Below the pieces are notes generated by a model, which had not been told where the DNA came from, made no database searches, and saw only the letters and a program-made list of their open reading frames with translations. A program made the translations under genes and the position numbers. From Vermamoeba vermiformis (Eukaryota): a stretch of 64,000 nt of DNA. Of the stretch, positions 35,203 to 47,776 are shown piece by piece; the stretch's first letter is position 1, and every line of letters starts with the position of its first letter. The stretch lies in assembly GCA_045837725.1 (NCBI GenBank), contig JBEWZL010000098.1:186001-250000 (forward strand). Direction: 5' to 3'.

Positions 35203-38200
35203 ATGGAGAAGAATTTTCCGAGCTACATCTACGATCATGTCTTCCGTCCAGTCATATTGACTGTTACAACCCCTGAGGCGGAGGCATTGATAAAAAAGCA
35301 CGATGGATTGACGATAGCCAAATACTTGAATATGCACTCGGCTATTAATGAGCGAGGTAAATTTAATAATAATAATAAGTTTTTTTTTAATTTTTTCACC
35401 AGCATTTTTATTTAATTTTAATTTGTTTTAATCGTCTTAGTATAGATGATTAGTTTATTCTTTGTTTCAATTTTTACATAAAATTAAAATTTCGAATTAC
35501 CGCAATTCAATTTGCAACCACATCCACTGCCCCGCACCACTCTAATATGCTTCCCTCGCCACCAGTGCGCATTCGACTGCCAGGCAGTGCGGACACGGAG
35601 CGACAAGGCTTTGAGATTGTATTCGCCACGCCCGAGACACTGTTGACACCGTTCACGAACAAACTCGCTGCTGCCCTGGTCGAGGTGCCACCGTGCCAGC
35701 CACGTGCCAGCATAGTCGTGCGACACAAGAGCGATGCTGTCACGTATCAGCGCGGTCAGTACTTTGACACTTGCCCGCGTACCTCGCTGTTTGACACTTG
35801 CCTAATTTAGAATACACGCGCACGATGCGCAGCTCGGAGGAGGTCCGATTGCCGTGGAGTTGGTGGTACCAAATATGGCGCGAACATCGCCTCGGCTGCA
35901 GTGTGGCGAATGAGTACGAGACAGCGCACCATCCCGTGGCAGTGCTGGTCTGCGTCACGCGACAGCAGCTGAGTGCCACCAGCAAGGTCTGGGACGTGCG
36001 GAGACCTCCGAGCTACTGGCCCAAGTACATGGACAGCAATCTGCCCGTGCACTACTGTCTCGTCTCGGACTCGGACGCGGAGTAGGTCCCGTGATTGGAG
36101 CTATTTTTAGAACTCACTCTCTATTTTTAGCACTGCCGTACAACTCGAAGAATGCAAAAAAGCCACAGGCTCGAGCAATTGTCACGTGATTACGGTTGGT
36201 TCACTGAACGAAGCTGACATTCACAGAACGCAAGAATTCACGCGCGAATTGATGTTGAAGAATTTAATTCCCGATATGGAGCGCAGCATCAAAACCACGC
36301 ACGATCAGATGCAGACGGAGCGCAAAGGATTTAGCCATAAATGGAAATTGTGGATTGGTGGTGGCAAGTACAAAGAGGACGGCAGCGACGAGGAGCGCTA
36401 TCCCCCCGCGAGTGTGGAGCAACAGCAGCGCAAGATGGGGGACTGGGCCATGATGTTGGGTGACTGGCCCTTTGCCTTCAAGCACCTCAAACAGCTCGCC
36501 GATGTGTTTCGCGCGGACGGAGCCGTGCTGCATCGTGTGCACGCCCTGCACTCCGCGGCCATTGCGCTGCTGTGCACCAGTGTGCCACCAGTGACACTCT
36601 CCCAGGGCCAGCAGATCACCACCGTGCTGCTGTCCAGTCAAATTGCCACACAGCTCGAGTCGCTGCTCGATGCCGCGCACCGTGAACTGCTCAAACTGCT
36701 CGCGACACCACTCACCCCGACACGTGCACCGCTCTTGCAGGCACTCGCACAGCGCATCTTGTTGCTGCACGCGGATGTGTTGCTCGCTTCGGAAGTGCCC
36801 GATGCCGTGCAAGCTGGAGCACTGTTTGACCGATTGTTGACCGGCAATCAGAACGGCGCTGATCCCCTCGCACTGCTCAGCACTGCACCGCTCGCTGTGC
36901 CGTCCATTGAGGAGCACAACAGCTGGCTGGAGCGGGCGTTGTATCTCGAGCAGATGGCGCTCTGCCACCTCTCCACGCGACCCAGTGCCATGATTCGCAA
37001 GTTCGCCTTTCGCATGTTTCAATCAGGGCTCGTGTACCATCACCTCGCCCTCGCGCTCTCGCAGGGTGCCAGCACAGCCCTGGTAGATCGCTACTACCAA
37101 CACGCCCTGCGCTGTTTCAGCAGCAGCTATCACGTGCTGGAGTGTCACGAGGCAGCAGAATGGAGTGGCAGCAGTGCGTGGTCCTCGATGCTCGATCACG
37201 CGCACTCACTGCTGGCACGACTCTCGCACCGCTTGGGCCTCACACAGCACGCCTTCACACTCTTTGCGCGCCTCGTGCAGCACAATCAGCAGAGTGCCAC
37301 CGCCCAGGCCTCACTGCTGCGAGAATTCTTCCACTTGATGCGTGCCAGTCACGTGCCGGACAGTGATGTCACGCTGCACTTCCCGCTGCTGGTGGACATC
37401 ACGCTCAACGACGAGCAGTTGAGTTCGCAGTGGCTCAGCGCGCACAGCTTGCAACGATTGCGCGCACTCAAGCGCGAGAAGAAGCGGCAAAGTGCCACCA
37501 AACACTCTGGCTCCAGGCCACAGTATCTCCGCTTTGTGGTGCACGACGATCCGATTGAGCGGAACAACTCCCCTCAAGCGGAACAACTGTTGGCCGAGTG
37601 GCACTGGATGAAAATGGAAGAGGCGCTGATCGTGTCGGAGATGAGCGGAGATAAAGCGCAGCTGCTGGCACTCAAAAAACAACAAGTGCAATATCAACAG
37701 CAGAACTCGCGACTCGCTGTCACTGTGCCACCACTCGCTGTCGTTCATGAATCATTCTGGGTCGAGCTCAAACTGTTCAATCCGCTTCAAGTACCTTTGC
37801 AGTTGTTCGACTTGCATCTATTAATAGACTTCCAATCCACGGAGGTCGACGAGCCAAATATAGACAACACGCCCTTCAATCTCTTATTGCAGCCTCAACA
37901 GCGTCACATGGTACGATCGATCAACTGTGCTATAAATAGCCCCACTGACTGCTAATTATAGGTGCGATTTGCCCTGCGCGCCAAGCACGAAGGTCGCGTG
38001 ACGGTGCACGGCATTCGCTTCAGACTGGTGCCGGGCGTGTGGTGCGTGGTCAAACTGAAATCTCCGGACAGCAAATTCACTGAACAGAATTCACTGAACA
38101 TGCTCAAGCGACGCAAGTTCAACAAATCCTCCAGCAATCTGCGCCGCTCGGAGGATGACTCCGAAGAAGACAGTTCGCTGAGCGGCAACAGCAGTCCGCA

Positions 38201-40136
38201 GCTCAAAAACAGTCTCACGTCGCCCGTCAAGCGCAAACAGAGTCACAAGCGCAGCAGCAGTCACCAGGACAGTGGCAATGTGACACCTACCTCCAGTCCG
38301 CGCACTGCTTCCTTATTAGGCGATGAGAACAAAGTGTCCGACGATCACGTGATCACAGTGGTCGGAGTCATGCCCCGATTGCAGGTCTGTCTCGTGGGAT
38401 TCAACGACGACGTGACAGCTAAAAATAGCTCCGTCCCCCATGCACTGCGCCACGGAGCTAAAAATAGCACCGTGTTCATGTCGCAGTACCAGCCCGATGC
38501 AGAATCGAATGCCGAGCTGAACAACGTCAATCCAAATCAGGTAGTGCCACGTGACCACAAAATCACCGTGCGCGGCGGAGTGATCAAGCGCCTATTACTA
38601 AATATAGTCAACACGGGTCACGCGCCGATCAAAAAGATCTGCTTCACGCACTCGCACCCCAATTTGTTCTTAATTCCGCGCGGCGAAGATCTCGAACTGC
38701 TCAGTGACAGCGGTGACAAGTTGACAGCTGTCATTGAGACCAAAAAAGTCAATGTCAGTCACGTGACTCGTCCTCCCAGCACGCCGCAGTGGCTCTCAGC
38801 CGCGCAGCAGCACATCTACTATCAACTGCTTGCCACGTGCTCGCACACGCCACTCCACGTGACACGCATCACCCTCGCGGAGATATTGCAGCCGGGACAG
38901 TCCTTGTCTTTGCCGATCTATTATCGATCTCCCACGCATCTCCCACCCGTGCCACAGCTCGACAACGTCTTGCAACACAAATTTCTATTTTTGGCTGAGT
39001 CCCCGAAGAGCACGACTACCAAATTTAGACTGCAGAAGTGTCAAGTAGATGTCAAAGTGCTGCCCTCGCTGCGCGTCACTTCGCACACACGCCCGAGTCA
39101 CGATCACCTGCACAACCATATTTGGTCAATCGAGTTCGAGAACGGGTCCAAAGATAGCACCGTGGTGCTGCACGAGTTGGTGGCACTCAGCGCGCAGTGG
39201 ACGTTGACGCCGCTCAGCAACACCAACAGCGCACGCCTGCCCCCGCAGAGCTCGCTCAATCTCTTCTTCCACGTGCAGCCACGTGACAGCAGTGCCACAC
39301 GCCACAGCGGACCCTGGGGAGAGGACTCCACGGTGATCAGCTTCGATCGATCGGATCTCGACGAGCGGGAGATACAACGCGCGTTCATGAACAAAGAGAA
39401 GACGGAACAACACGAGCTGGAGCGCGATCAGCAAGCGAGTGCCAGTGGTTTCAAGCCCGCCCCGCTCATCATCCTCGACAACGCGCAGCACGAACTCGAA
39501 CTCGCAGCGCAGCGTCGCATGGTGAGTGTGCAGAGCGCGTACAACGTGCAGCTGTTGATCACGTGGACGAGTCAGAACAGCGCCAAGTCACGTGCCGAGC
39601 GCGGTCAGCACCACCTGATTGACGTCAAATTCACACCGGGCCTCAGTCCTGCCGCACTGCCCACAGGTACGCAGTTGTGTCGCGTCTCATTCGCGACGAG
39701 TGCACTGACGCTATTAATAGATCTCTCCAAGCAGTGTCCGCTCCGCTTTGTGATCGATTCCCCCGCCGTGCTGGCACACGACTTTGCGCGCCAATCACTT
39801 GCCTTGGTGCCGATTGTGTTCCACGTGACCAACACCAGTCCCCTCGCTCCACTCGACTACGAATTTGAGACTTTGAGACCGCAAGAGACGGTGGAGACCA
39901 GCAACGAATTGAATTCTTCGAGCGACTATTTGTGGAGTGGCACTACGCACCGTGCCCTCACTACACTGGCACCCTTGCAGTCCGCGCAGTTCAGTGTGAC
40001 CGCTTGCTTTGCACGCCCTGGTCGCTATTTGATCAACCGCTTCAAGTTCAATGTGTTCGCGACAGATCCTTTCTCGCAAAAGAAGAAAAAACTGACGCTC
40101 TACTCGTCCTCGCAGCACTTGTTGGTGATTAAATAA
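35203..40136 (+). CDS. TRAPPC8: TRAPP III subunit TRAPPC8/Trs85
   Basis: LNEADIHRTQEFTRELMLKNLIPDMERSI, YPPASVEQQQRKMGDWAMMLGDW, IRKFAFRMFQSG, VELKLFNPLQVPLQLFDL, YLWSGTT. Confidence 0.88.
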
Positions 40137-40245
40137 TACGACTAGTAGTACTTGTACATAACCCATTGCTACATTAAAACGGTGTTTGCATTTACATCAA
40201 CAATAATTACAAGTTTTGTACAGACTGAGCATGACACGCGCGTGG

Positions 40246-41865
40246 CTACTTGGTGCTATTATTAGCAGCAGTGGCAGGTGGCTCCAGTGTGCCGTGCAGT
40301 GCTTGCGACCACGCGGCGAGGTCTTCACTGTCCGCACTCAGCAGATCGAGCACATTCAACGCACTCTGCGCTACGATGCGCTGCTGATCACGTGACAGTG
40401 CGGCAGCGAGCAGTTGTGGGGGGTCAGTGCAGGGGTCCATGAGGCGATTGATCGGATACAACATGCCCGCTGCGAGGTACTGCCACACGGTGAGCAGGGC
40501 CCAGGCCACGGACGCGACATCGTGCAGCGGTTGCGTGCGACAGTAGACCGCGTGATACACCACCACGTGCAGCGTCCAGTCCGTCACTGTCGCGCGCAGA
40601 TCGGGGCTGTGATCGCGCACGTGGAGCAGTGTGCGCAACAAGACGCGCGGCGAGATGACAGCGAAGGTGAAGAAGTTGTTATTGAGCAGATAGGTCTCGA
40701 ACCAGATGTGCTGGCGTATTGCCATCAAGTGCGCGCGACACACCGCGAGCTCGCAGCCCTGGTCGACGGGCACGGACTCGGAGTAGCTCCAGGCCTTGAG
40801 GAAGGTCACTGGCACCTCCACGTGTACCGTCGTGCCGTTGACTGCTGTCTCGCTGCTGACCCCTGTCACTGCACCGAGCAGTGCCGCATCTTGTTTGACA
40901 TTCGCAGTGACGTGTATGCACAGCTGTGATTGGTCCACGGTCACGTGCACATCTACCAGGGCGCCAGAGTTGACAGCAGTGGTCAAGTGTGTTTGCACGG
41001 ATTCAGCGATGCAGTCGACACGTGACTTAATGGGTGGCAGTGATTCGCGGAGAATTACGGCGAGGACAGCACGCAGTTGATCACGTGACATGGTGCCCTG
41101 AGCATAACGACCAATCAGCTTCAGCTCCGTGATGTCACGTGGTGCCAGTACGTCACGTGCTCCTTGTTGCGAGAGATTGGTCAGCGCGGTCATCACGTGC
41201 TGCACGACGGAGGCCAGGGCCAGTGCTTGCGCTGTCAGGTGGATTGGTCGAATTAGTAGCGTGTTGCATAGCTTGGTGACGCAACACTTACCTGGCTCGG
41301 GAACTAATTTCCTTTTATGGAAATCAAGGATTGCCGCATCCAAGTCAGCGAGCGAATGCTTGACTGGACGCGCAGCGCTGTTCTGTTCAGTGCTCGGTGC
41401 TGCAGTATCGCTAGTCTGCAGGCCCATGGCATTGCGCACGTGTCTGCGGCCCTTGACGTGCAACTCCCACGTATGCAGACTGGAGCAGTGGCAGTCGCAG
41501 ATCTTGCAGTAGTAGTCGCCTGGAACATCAGCTGTCGTAGCAGTGTTAGTAGGCTCAATGTAGGTGTTGGGCTTGTGTTTCTTCGCTGCTGGACCCTCGT
41601 TGAAGTCTGGATCGTCTCGCTCGCGACGACGTTCTGGATGTGGTGGCGGTGCATTCGTCGCTGCAGCGCCATTAGCCAGCAACGAGGCCAATATATTCTG
41701 AACACTGGTGCTCTCAGCTGCGGGTTGCTGCAGTGGCAGCGCCTTGTTCTTGAGTGCCTCTTGGTGCTTCTTGCCGCGCATGTGCTGCTGATAATTGGGC
41801 GCGCCAGTGCAGGAGATCTGACACACACTGCAGTAGTAGCTGAGCTTGTTGGTGTGGTCTGACAT
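40246..41865 (-). CDS. ZFR-like protein: two dsRNA-binding-type C2H2 fingers + DZF domain (one 60-nt intron, 41232-41291)
   Basis: YCSVCQISCTGAPNYQQHMRGKKH and YCKICDCHCSSLHTWELHVKGRRH; DZF-like IGRYAQGTM, CRAHLMAIRQHIWFE, DWTLHVVV, YLAAGML...LMDPC...LSRDQQRIVAQSALNVLDLL. Confidence 0.8.
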   Translation of the reverse strand: MSDHTNKLSYYCSVCQISCTGAPNYQQHMRGKKHQEALKNKALPLQQPAAESTSVQNILASLLANGAAATNAPPPHPERRRERDDPDFNEGPAAKKHKPNTYIEPTNTATTADVPGDYYCKICDCHCSSLHTWELHVKGRRHVRNAMGLQTSDTAAPSTEQNSAARPVKHSLADLDAAILDFHKRKLVPEPGKCCVTKLCNTLLIRPIHLTAQALALASVVQHVMTALTNLSQQGARDVLAPRDITELKLIGRYAQGTMSRDQLRAVLAVILRESLPPIKSRVDCIAESVQTHLTTAVNSGALVDVHVTVDQSQLCIHVTANVKQDAALLGAVTGVSSETAVNGTTVHVEVPVTFLKAWSYSESVPVDQGCELAVCRAHLMAIRQHIWFETYLLNNNFFTFAVISPRVLLRTLLHVRDHSPDLRATVTDWTLHVVVYHAVYCRTQPLHDVASVAWALLTVWQYLAAGMLYPINRLMDPCTDPPQLLAAALSRDQQRIVAQSALNVLDLLSADSEDLAAWSQALHGTLEPPATAANNSTK

Positions 41866-42205
41866 TGCGAGGGGAGGGACGTGTACTGCGGAACTGAGGC
41901 GATGCTAGTATGAGAGTAGAATTTATGTCTGCACCTATCGCAGTCTCCAATCAGCTAGCTACGTGTTGATGACTCGCGTTGTGTTCGATCTGGTCAGCGA
42001 GGGAATGGAAATAGACACAACACTGCGCACTTGTTGCACCTGTCCGCAGAACACGAACACAGCGCAGTCAGCTGACTCATTTATGCTGCTATTAGTCGCT
42101 GGTATGCTCAATGAACGAATGGCAAGCTGACGTCATTTTAACAATTAATTTTATTTCCAGATCCAACACGAAATTGAATTCTATCGTTGAAATTGATGAA
42201 AAATA

Positions 42206-44144
42206 ATGGGCCTATCAAAAATATATTGGCCACAACATATTACGCAGCCCAAGAATGGTCCACCCCCTTCAGGCTATGTGATCGGGTGGGTGCTGTCGAG
42301 TCCAGTGCCCGTGACCAGCACGCATCATCGCCGCTCCGACAGTGCTGCGAGCGATGACCTCGATCACTTGCGGCAGCTCTCTGACTCTGACTCCACCCAG
42401 CAGCGCGTCACAGCCGTGTTCGTGGTGGATGTGCTCGACGGTCCTGCAGCCCAAGTGCGCGCAGTGATTGAGCGCTGCAACGAACAGCTGCACCAACAAC
42501 GACCGCACGATCAGCCCCTCGCTGTGCTGGGCTACATCGGTGCACCAGATCACGCCGACAGAGCGCTGTTCGAGAGTGCACTCTGGCTCACGCTGCACAC
42601 ACGCGCGCGCTGGCCGGCACTGCTGTCACTGGAGCACGTGACTGGCACTGAGCACGTGACGCGCGGCAGAGAGGAGAGCGCGCACTCGAATGTGATCTTC
42701 ATCTTCTACCAACAGCGCGTGATCGATGTGAGTCACGAGCACGCGGCACACAATTCACTGCACTCCAAACTGCTCGCGACCATCACACGCGCCTGTCACT
42801 GCGCACTCACCCTGCACCGCTCGGCTGAGACCTCTCGCGCGCGTGTGGGGCCCGTGCACGACTCGATGGTGGGCACACTGGGCCTGGTCTGGCTGCGTGT
42901 CATCTGGCTGTTGACACGTGTCATGTCACCACTCGCAGTCAAGCTCATCTGGTTCATGAATCGCAAACTGTCCTTGCCCTTATATGGCAGTGTGCGCAGT
43001 CTGCGTGAGAGCAGTCTGATCGGTGAACAGCTCGATCACCGCTTCAAACTGGTGCGCGAGTGGCACGCACTGGCTGGGCTATTAATAGAACAGGCGCGCA
43101 GTGACGAGCCGTTGAGTCAGTTGCCCGATCGTCAACAGCTGCGCGACAAGTACCTCACCATGTGCAATCAGCTGCTCATCGTCACGATCGATGTGCTGTC
43201 GGGTATTTCCGCGATGCTATTTATAGCGTACTGGCTGATGACGTCGGAACAAAGCATTATTCCGCGCCTGACGCAGCTGTACAACTCGCACATCATCAGC
43301 ATGACGGCGTGGATCGAGTGGCTCATGTTGGGCTGGCCAGCAGGTGTCAAGCTCAACTACAAGCTGGATCTATTTTTAGGTCAGATCTTGCTGTTCTACA
43401 TCCAGCACTGGGCACTGTTCATCACCACCCTCGCCAACAGTGCGGCCATAGTGTGGACCATCATCGCGCTCACCTCGCTCATGTGCACGCAGGGCCTCAC
43501 CATGCTCATCGCACTCTTCTTCGACATTGTCTCCGTGGCCTGCACGCACATCTTTTGGTTGTTTGCAGCTTTGCAGCGCACGTACAATCTGCAAATCAGA
43601 ATCCTGTCCTCGCTGTGGATGTTGTTCCAGGGCAAGAAACACAACGTGCTCAAACAGCGCGTGGACAGCTGCGACTACGAGATCGATCAGCTGCTGCTCG
43701 GCACACTCTTGTTCGCGATGCTCTTCTTCTTGCTGCCCACCCTCATCTCGTACTACACCTTCTTGGCCTCGCTGTTCAGTCTCGCCACGGCTGCACATCT
43801 GCTGGCCCAGATCATGTTCAGCACTGTGTATCACTTCCCGCTGTATCAGATCTGGCTCTACTTCTTCGATCGCACCGCCTACTTGGAGATCAGCTTCAAA
43901 ATTCTGCAGTGGCCGCAACAGCTGCAGACTGAAAGCTCATCGGTGTATTTTGAGCTCAAGGTAAGATCATATCTCTATTATTGCTCGTCTAATTGCACCA
44001 CAGAATTCTAAAGTGCCATTCTACCTGCTATTCACCAAGCTATTCAAGAACTTGTCACACTTGTTTGTACCATACTCTGTCACAAAGGTCTTCAAATCTA
44101 TCGTATTTGGCACCAAATTACAACGTGTACATAATGACATGTAA
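42206..44144 (+). CDS. PIGQ: GPI-GlcNAc transferase subunit PIG-Q/Gpi1
   Basis: WLMLGWPAGVKLNYKLDLFLG, SLWMLFQGKKHNVLKQRVDSCDYEIDQLLLGTLLF...FLLPT; short last exon ends with TAA at 44144. Confidence 0.93.
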
Positions 44145-44159
44145 ATAAACAATCCTAAA

Positions 44160-45720
44160 GTCTGGAGGTCCTGCCCAACCGCCTTCAAGCGTAATAAAAG
44201 GCTAATAGCACCAAATTGTAGTGGATACTATATTTTAGGTGAGTTAAATGGTTTCCTTGCTTAGGAACTGAGTTTGGCAAAGTTTAGTTGTATCTCTCAT
44301 CCGCATAGTCTTAGATAGTGGCTTAACAAAGCATGGAAATCATTTGCAAAATGGACATGTCAGAGTTCAATAGAAAGAGTCAACATTGCAAGTGTAATCT
44401 TACATGACAATTTTGGGCGTGTAAAACTGCTCTTTACAACAGGATGGCAGATCCTGTCATTTCAGGGTCGCTGTTGAGGGTTGCACTAAAACCCCAGTCA
44501 GACTGGACTAGCCATGGCTCAACATCAGAGGGTTGAAGATACATCAGCAGACGGATCCAGGGTCGCTGCATCTGCTGATGTTAGTAATTGACCAACTTAT
44601 ACCAAACACTGCCATTAGCACCAGCGGACCCAAGAAGGACTACTGTTGGCATCAGGTGGCTTTGGGCAAATCGTTGGAGGCTGAAAATGTCATTGTTCTG
44701 CAAAGAACTTAACCCCAGAACTTAGTTCTAAATTACTGCTATACCATTTAAACTTCGAGACTCAGCATGATTTGCTTTGTTATGACTCTCATTCAAAAAT
44801 ATTCCGTTTCTGGTACAGTTCTATGCAGACTACAATCTACAGGAGGATGCCGATGTCCTGTCCAGCAAAAAGTGGACATCCGCCAAGGACCGCACCGCCG
44901 ACCATACATTATATAGTATGAAGATTTTAACAAGATTTCCATGTGCCATGTATATGATTAAGCAATCCCTTCATTATAACAAGGTTTGCCACCATACTGG
45001 ACAAAGTTACAACATAAAAAAGTTAGATGAATCAAAAAAATTTTCATAGCTAGGTGACAATGTATTGTAGCCAAAGTTCAGGGTTGCATAAAATACTTGT
45101 GTTGTACGAAACATGTGCTGGTGGGTGGGTTCATACTTAATGCTGAAAATTTACAATTTGCTGCCACTACAATATCTTTGATGATTACCCATATTTTCTT
45201 GTTAGATAGTGATAGGTCTAAAAGTTTCCAAAGTTTCAATGGTATTGCAGCCAATAGAAAAAAGTTATAGTACTTAAGTTCTTTGCAGAAATTTGCCATT
45301 TTCAGCCTCTGGCGTTTAGCCCAAGCCTCCTGACGCCAATAGTAGTGTTTCTTGGGTCCACTGATGTTGGTCTTACTAACTTCAGCAGGCGCAGCGACCC
45401 CGGACGGACGCAATGTCCACGGACGGACGAAAAATTTTTGGCGGACAGGACGTCCACCTATATAATACCAGTTTTTAATAGGATTTCTATATGCCATGTA
45501 TGTGGTTAAGCATATCCCTTCCGTATAAAAAGGTTTGCCCATGCTGGACAAAGTTACAATATAAAAAATTATGAATAACGCAAAAATTTTTGGACAGTTA
45601 GATGACAATGAATTGTAGCCAAAGTTCAGTGGTGTATAAAATACGTATAGTTGTATTTTAATAGAAGACTTCTTGGTCACTAGAGCAAATTTGAATATGG
45701 ATGTGAGGGGGATTACTGCC
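44160..45720. mobile_element. Decayed repeat/transposon-relic island containing diverged inverted (44560-44755 vs 45231-45400) and direct (44925-45106 vs 45473-45655) copies
   Basis: Shared words TTCTGCAAAGAACTTAA (inverted pair), CTGGACAAAGTTACAA and ATTGTAGCCAAAGTTCAG (direct pair), and GGACGGACG clusters. CpG-poor, no recognisable protein, longest gene-free gap in the window. Confidence 0.6.
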
Positions 45721-45837
45721 CTTGTACAAGATGGAACCAATATGCCGTAGAGGTGAAATTTTTATCGGTTTTATATTACAGGGTTACATTACAAATGTAC
45801 AAAAAGCATTTACAAGCATCATAATGATGCAATGTGC

Positions 45838-47384
45838 TCATGAAATATCCATCAGCACAGAATTGGTCTCTGATTCCTTTTCAGAGGCGCCATCAGCCTC
45901 ATCCATGAAGTCAGGCAGCTCATCCACACTTTTAATGATTGGTACGCGGTCCCACAACAACCGTCCGCCACGTCCAATGCGCGCACGACCCCTAAACGAG
46001 GGCATGTTGCTGCTGCTCAAGTTGATGAGTTTGATCCAACCAGGGTCGTCACTGGCCAGGTCAAACAGTGACAGCTGTGACAGTGGCACCACAGCGCGTG
46101 ACTCGACACGTGACTCGGTGGCTGGACTGGCTGGCTCGCTATCGGAACTGACATCGAATTCTTCTGCTGACAGCTGACTGACAGGTTCATCACGTGGAGG
46201 TGTCAACGTGTCACTCGCTGCTCGCCGTCGTCGCGTCTTGTGCTTGGTGCTCGTGCCGTTCATGAACAGCGTGTCAGTGTCCGTGTCCGCAGTCAGCCAC
46301 GTGGTCTCCAACTCGCCGTTGAACAGCGCGGTGTCCTCGAGGATGTTGTCGCGCAGTTCGTTGCCCTGGTGCACCAATATTTGCAGCATGTGCTGTGCCA
46401 GGGCTCGTTTGCACTCCTCGCGGCGCGTGATGAGTTGCAAGAGCTGTCGCGCGCGCGTGAACTGTTCGCGCAGTGCCCGCATGAGCGCGAGGGAGTGCTC
46501 GGGTCTGTAGCTGCGCACGGGCTGCTTCTTCTCCTCGGTCTTGTAGATGAACGCTGCGTACGGCGAACTCTCGCTCACTGGCTCGCGTAACTTGCGCAGC
46601 AACGGCTCACTGCTCGCTGCTCGCCGCGCCTTCCAGTGCTGCACCACGGCGGGCACGTGATCGAGCAGTTCAGGCCGTTCATGAAACAGTCTCATCGCTT
46701 GCTGCGCATTCAATGTCACGTGCTTAGCTTTGCCAGCGTGTTTTTCGAGCGTGTCGATCATCAGCTCGAGATCATCGGCGTCGAGCACGTGGTGCGCGTG
46801 TCCATTCGCTGTCACGTGATGATGATTGTTCCGCTCGTCACGTGCTCGATCACGTGATGTGTAGTCCTCCAGCCACGACTCGTCCTCGCTGTCGAGATCG
46901 TACTCGACGGGCACGCGTTCACTGTCAGGCAGGGTGTATATAATGTATCCGTTGGGTCTGTTGAACAAATACGCAGCACTCTCGCGCTCGTATTCATCGC
47001 GCACTATGACGCGGGGCGTGGGAATGGCCACATCTGGTTGTTGGTGACCGACGCGTAGCACTTCTTGAAGATGTTTTTCCTGCACTAAGGTCAGCCAATC
47101 GTGTCCGTATATCAATATTCTGTAGAATCACTGCGTAGTGAATTGAACTTGAGCGTACCAAAGGCGAATCCGCGCAAAAAAATTAAATAACAAATATCCA
47201 AAAATTTACAGCTCAAGAGATATTTCACAATGAAATCACGTACCGCCTCCTCATCCTTCGACATGCCAGTAGGTATATCGGGTATGTCCTGCGCTTCAAT
47301 CTCGACCTCGGGGGGCGGATTGTGAAAGACAGGCATGGGCCTGTCAGGGTCTATTCGACGACTGCGCAGTGAAAATGCACTCAT
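45838..47384 (-). CDS. EPL1: Enhancer of polycomb-like protein (NuA4 subunit Epl1/EPC)
   Basis: LRSRRIDPDRPMPVF, PTGMSKDEEAEKHLQ, IPTP, EYDLDSEDESWL, LELMIDTLEK, SPYAAF, FRGRARIGRGGRLLWDR. Confidence 0.93.
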
Positions 47385-47776
47385 AGAGTAGACTCGCTCT
47401 CGTACTCGCTCTTATTAGTGTCGTCGATGCTGAAGCATAATCGCTCAGGTAAATCCAACAATGCGAACAAAAAAAGGGTGATCTGCAAGGGTCAAAATTA
47501 GCAACAGATCTGTCAAGAACAAAGAAATTCGAGTGCAAACATACTACTGCTACTGGGTGAGGGGTCAATGACTGTGCGCGAGTGCTGGGCGACAAGTCAA
47601 CAAAAATAATTTCGCCGTGCTGTGAAATTGTTCGTTCAGGTCCGCAACAGTCATTCCTCGCACTACTGGCGCACTACCACCACAAGCGAGCACTATTATA
47701 CAGGTACGTGCAGTAATATCTGAATTGTGCCTGTTGTTGGTTCACACCTAATTATTCTGATCGCGATCAGGCGCAG

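Noticed and set aside
45078-45740. 220-aa minus-strand ORF in the repeat island as a transposase
   Set aside because: No DDE, RT or other motif; it crosses non-coding repeat modules and starts at a non-ATG codon.
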